Below are positions 61,201-64,000 of a DNA stretch of 64,000 nt, piece by piece. The DNA lies in the NCBI GenBank assembly GCA_963575745.1, contig CAUYUJ010000281.1:434001-498000 (forward strand), given 5' to 3'. Source of the stretch: Prorocentrum cordatum (lineage: Eukaryota). Each line of letters starts with the position of its first letter. Position 1 is the first letter of the stretch. Position numbers and translations under genes: made by a program. Below the pieces are notes generated by a model that saw only the letters and a program-made list of their open reading frames with translations, did not search any database and had not been told where the DNA came from.

Positions 61201-64000
61201 GACGAGCGTAAGGGGGGCGCGAGTCCGACCTAGGCCGGCGGGTGGAAAAGGAAAGCAGGCGGCCGGGGCGCGCTGGCGGCGGCCTCCTGCTGCGCCTCGA
61301 TGGCGCTCATGATGCCGCCGTGCGGGGCCGCTCTTTCAATCGGTGGCGGCGGGGCAGGAGCGGAGGAGGGGGCCGAAGCTGGACAAGGCAGAAAAGGGAA
61401 GCGGGGTGGCATGAAATCAGCATAATGATGAAAGGACGGGTGAGAAACAATGCTAGGACACACAGGCGCAGACGCGGAGGGAGGGGGAGCAGGCGGGGGG
61501 CAGGCAGCGGCAGGGGCAGAGCACATCGTCGAACGAGGGAAAGACGGGGGAGAGACAGCACTCAGGCGGATGCAAGGCTGCAAGGACGAGGCTGTGCGTG
61601 GAGCGGGGGGCTCGTGGGGAGAGGAGCGCCGAGCATCGGGAATGGGAAAAGCGGGCACCCTGGAATGGATTTTTCCAGGCGGGGAGTCAGGGCGGGAGGG
61701 AGTCCATGACGCGGAACGCGGAGAGGCAAGACATAGCCTCTGAGACCGCGGAGTCGCCGTGGACGCGCGACTCGTGGCAACACGAGAGGAGGAAGCCGCC
61801 ATTCGAGAAGCACCCGCAGTAGTCGGCGCCGACGGGGTAGCCATCAGGGTTGAGGGAGCCCGCATCTGTGAGCACGGCGACGCACCCCATGGAGTCGTCG
61901 ACCAGATCCAGCCGCGGGGAGAGTATCTGGCAACTCGTGAAGCGAGAGGCTTCGCAGTATCATCCCCACAATTTGCGATGGCCAATGGCTCAGGGTTCGA
62001 GGAGCACCCATGAGCAGGGCTTTGCGATCTGACCTTATCCGCGGGTGGGGGGCACGTGGGAAGAGCCGCGCACATCCCAGCAGAGACACCCTCGCAATAT
62101 ACTCTAAGAACCTGAGGCGGCGGGTTCGAGGAGCACCCGCCGTCAGGACTTCGCGTTCTGAACTCAGCAGGAAGACGAGACCCCTCCTCGAAACATACTC
62201 GATGAGCCTGAACAGTCGGGTTCGAGGAGCACCCGCTGACAGGACTTTGCGTTCTGACCTCGACGGGCGTCGGTCCCTCCCAGTCGCAATCGTACATGTC
62301 ATGCGAGCGGCCAGCGTGCTGAGGGGCGGCCACGGCAGGCGATGGGGTCCCAGGCGTCGCGAGAGGAGTACACGGGGAGAAGTCGAATGACACCAGATCG
62401 TCCGCGTCCGTGTCAGAGTCCCGCATCTCGGTGATCAACGTCGGCGTCAGGTCAGGGCCGCTGGAAGCGTCTGTGTCAACCACGTCGGCACAGGACGGCG
62501 AGGATGAAGACGAGGAAGAAGACGAAGAGGAGGAGGACGGGCGCCGAGTACGTCTCGTCATAAAGCGGACGCTCCATTGTAGTGGTGAGTCGTCAGGCAG
62601 GGCACCAGTCGAGGCCATCCGCATGCTCCTCACCCCAGCCAGTGCAGCACTCTGCGCTTCCTGCTCCGAGATCGGCCAGTCGGGGATCAGACGGATCGTG
62701 TTGTACATGCTCACCGCGGCGGCCATGAAGCCGAAGGCGGCAGCGGAGGGCGCCACGAGGCCCCACCTCTCAGCGAGCTCCAGCGGGAAGCCATGCCCGA
62801 GGGCACGGCGCAGCGCAGCATGCATCCGCACGCACCTTGAGTAGTGAAGAAGCGAACCGACACAGTTGTGACACCCCAGGGCGCAGCCGCGCCTTCCTGC
62901 AGGGTGGGGGATGCGAGATGAGGTAAGCCAGCCATCGCACCAGGTCCTCAGAGCGGCCCACACCCATGAGCAGGGGCACAGGTTGAGCGTGGCTGAGACT
63001 CGCTGCCAATCGATTAGGTCGAGGAGAGCACCGTGACGAGGAAAGAAGAACTTCTGAAGTCGTGCGCGGAGGAAGTCGTGCAGCGGCGTGGCAGAGGCCG
63101 CCAAGTCACGAAGGGCACGATGAACAGCAGGCTGGGGGCGGGGGCGGACACCAGGAGGGGCCTCGGCAGCACTGGCAAGCGCTTCACGAGCACGAGGGAG
63201 AAGCGATGTCCACGGCCCAGCGGGGGCGGGCCCATCCAAGGCCAGAGCCAGGTTCTCCACAATGGCAGGGCTCCGCCAGAAACCAGGGCACGGCGCGCCA
63301 GATCCGACCATGCATAGCGTCCTGGAGTCCGCGAGCTCACACGCGTGGGACCGCATGTCGTCCAGCAGCCTCTGGTGCTCGGGGAAGGTGTGGGCGGCCG
63401 CTCGCAGCAGGGACGCCGCGTTGAGGTGAGCCCAGCTCAGAGCGCGCGGGCCGCGCCAGCGGTCCATCTGCACCCAGGCACTCAGCGGGAAGGTGCCCAG
63501 CGCAACACGAAAGACCTGTGCAAGTACACCCAGCTCGCATGCGAGGACGGCTCGTGGCATCCAAAAGAACTGGCTGACATAAGAGAGTGTGCTGACAATA
63601 CGAGTATTGTAGATGATGGAAGAGAGGCTAGCAGGGGTGGCGCCTCGTCCGACTGCTCGAGCCCGCAGCCGCGCCTTAGCAAGCGGGTCAATCCAGGGCT
63701 TCATAGAGTCCACAGAGGGTCCCAACCATATCCCAAGGTACAGGAGCTCCGAAACGATCTTCATGGCGGACCAGTGGGGCACCGTACGAGAGAGCCTCCC
63801 AAGAGCTTCCGACGCGAGAGCGGGACTGAATGAGGCTGACAGGGGCACAATATGGCACTTCTGAATCTTCAGAACAAGGTTCGCCACCAACTCCGCCTCC
63901 CTCATCACGAGGGCGACCCAGGCCAAGTCCTCTATGCTCACCATCGTGCCACCGATGTCGCCGGCGCACGCGCGCGCGAGCCCGCGGCCCGTCTCTTCGA
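61201..64000 (-). mobile_element. 3' part of a second LINE (RT C-terminal region, Cys/His motif, long tail); continues beyond the window
   Basis: RACAGDIG at the YADD position, LKIQKC, LLYLGIWLGP, YNTRIVSTLSY and GWLTSSR...CALGC...HYSRC; the 3' end abuts (TCC)n. Confidence 0.85.

Noticed and set aside
61993..62234. tRNA/SINE B-box from GGTTCGA repeats
   Set aside because: The following bases do not fit GGTTCGANTCC, and no A-box or cloverleaf is evident.

Overview
This is a GC-rich eukaryotic window dominated by microsatellites and small inverted-repeat elements (MITEs). Exact copies of the 22-nt dinoflagellate spliced leader (DCCGTAGCCATTTTGGCTCAAG) indicate a dinoflagellate genome. Most long entries in the ORF track are translations of (CCT)n, (CAT)n, (CA)n or (GCAC)n tracts, not genes. 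The most striking structure lies at 45.8-53.6 kb: two retroposed units sit head-to-head in (CCT)n tracts. On the minus strand is a near full-length LINE (RanBP2-zinc-finger ORF1; APE-RT-RNase H ORF2 broken only at two A7 runs) that starts exactly with a perfect spliced leader followed by a second degenerate one. On the plus strand is an intronless 310-aa ORF preceded by four stacked spliced-leader copies or relics. Neither has a poly(A) tail. Immediately downstream of the LINE is an NDC1/NdbB-like type-II NAD(P)H dehydrogenase gene with GC splice donors, whose middle falls in a 100-N gap. The window also holds a 3' portion of a second LINE at its end, two decayed LINE fragments, about ten MITE types (several nested, with target-site duplications), minisatellites, a duplicated terminal exon, and candidate micro-exons of unidentified genes. 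All alignments were made by eye and no database searches were run.
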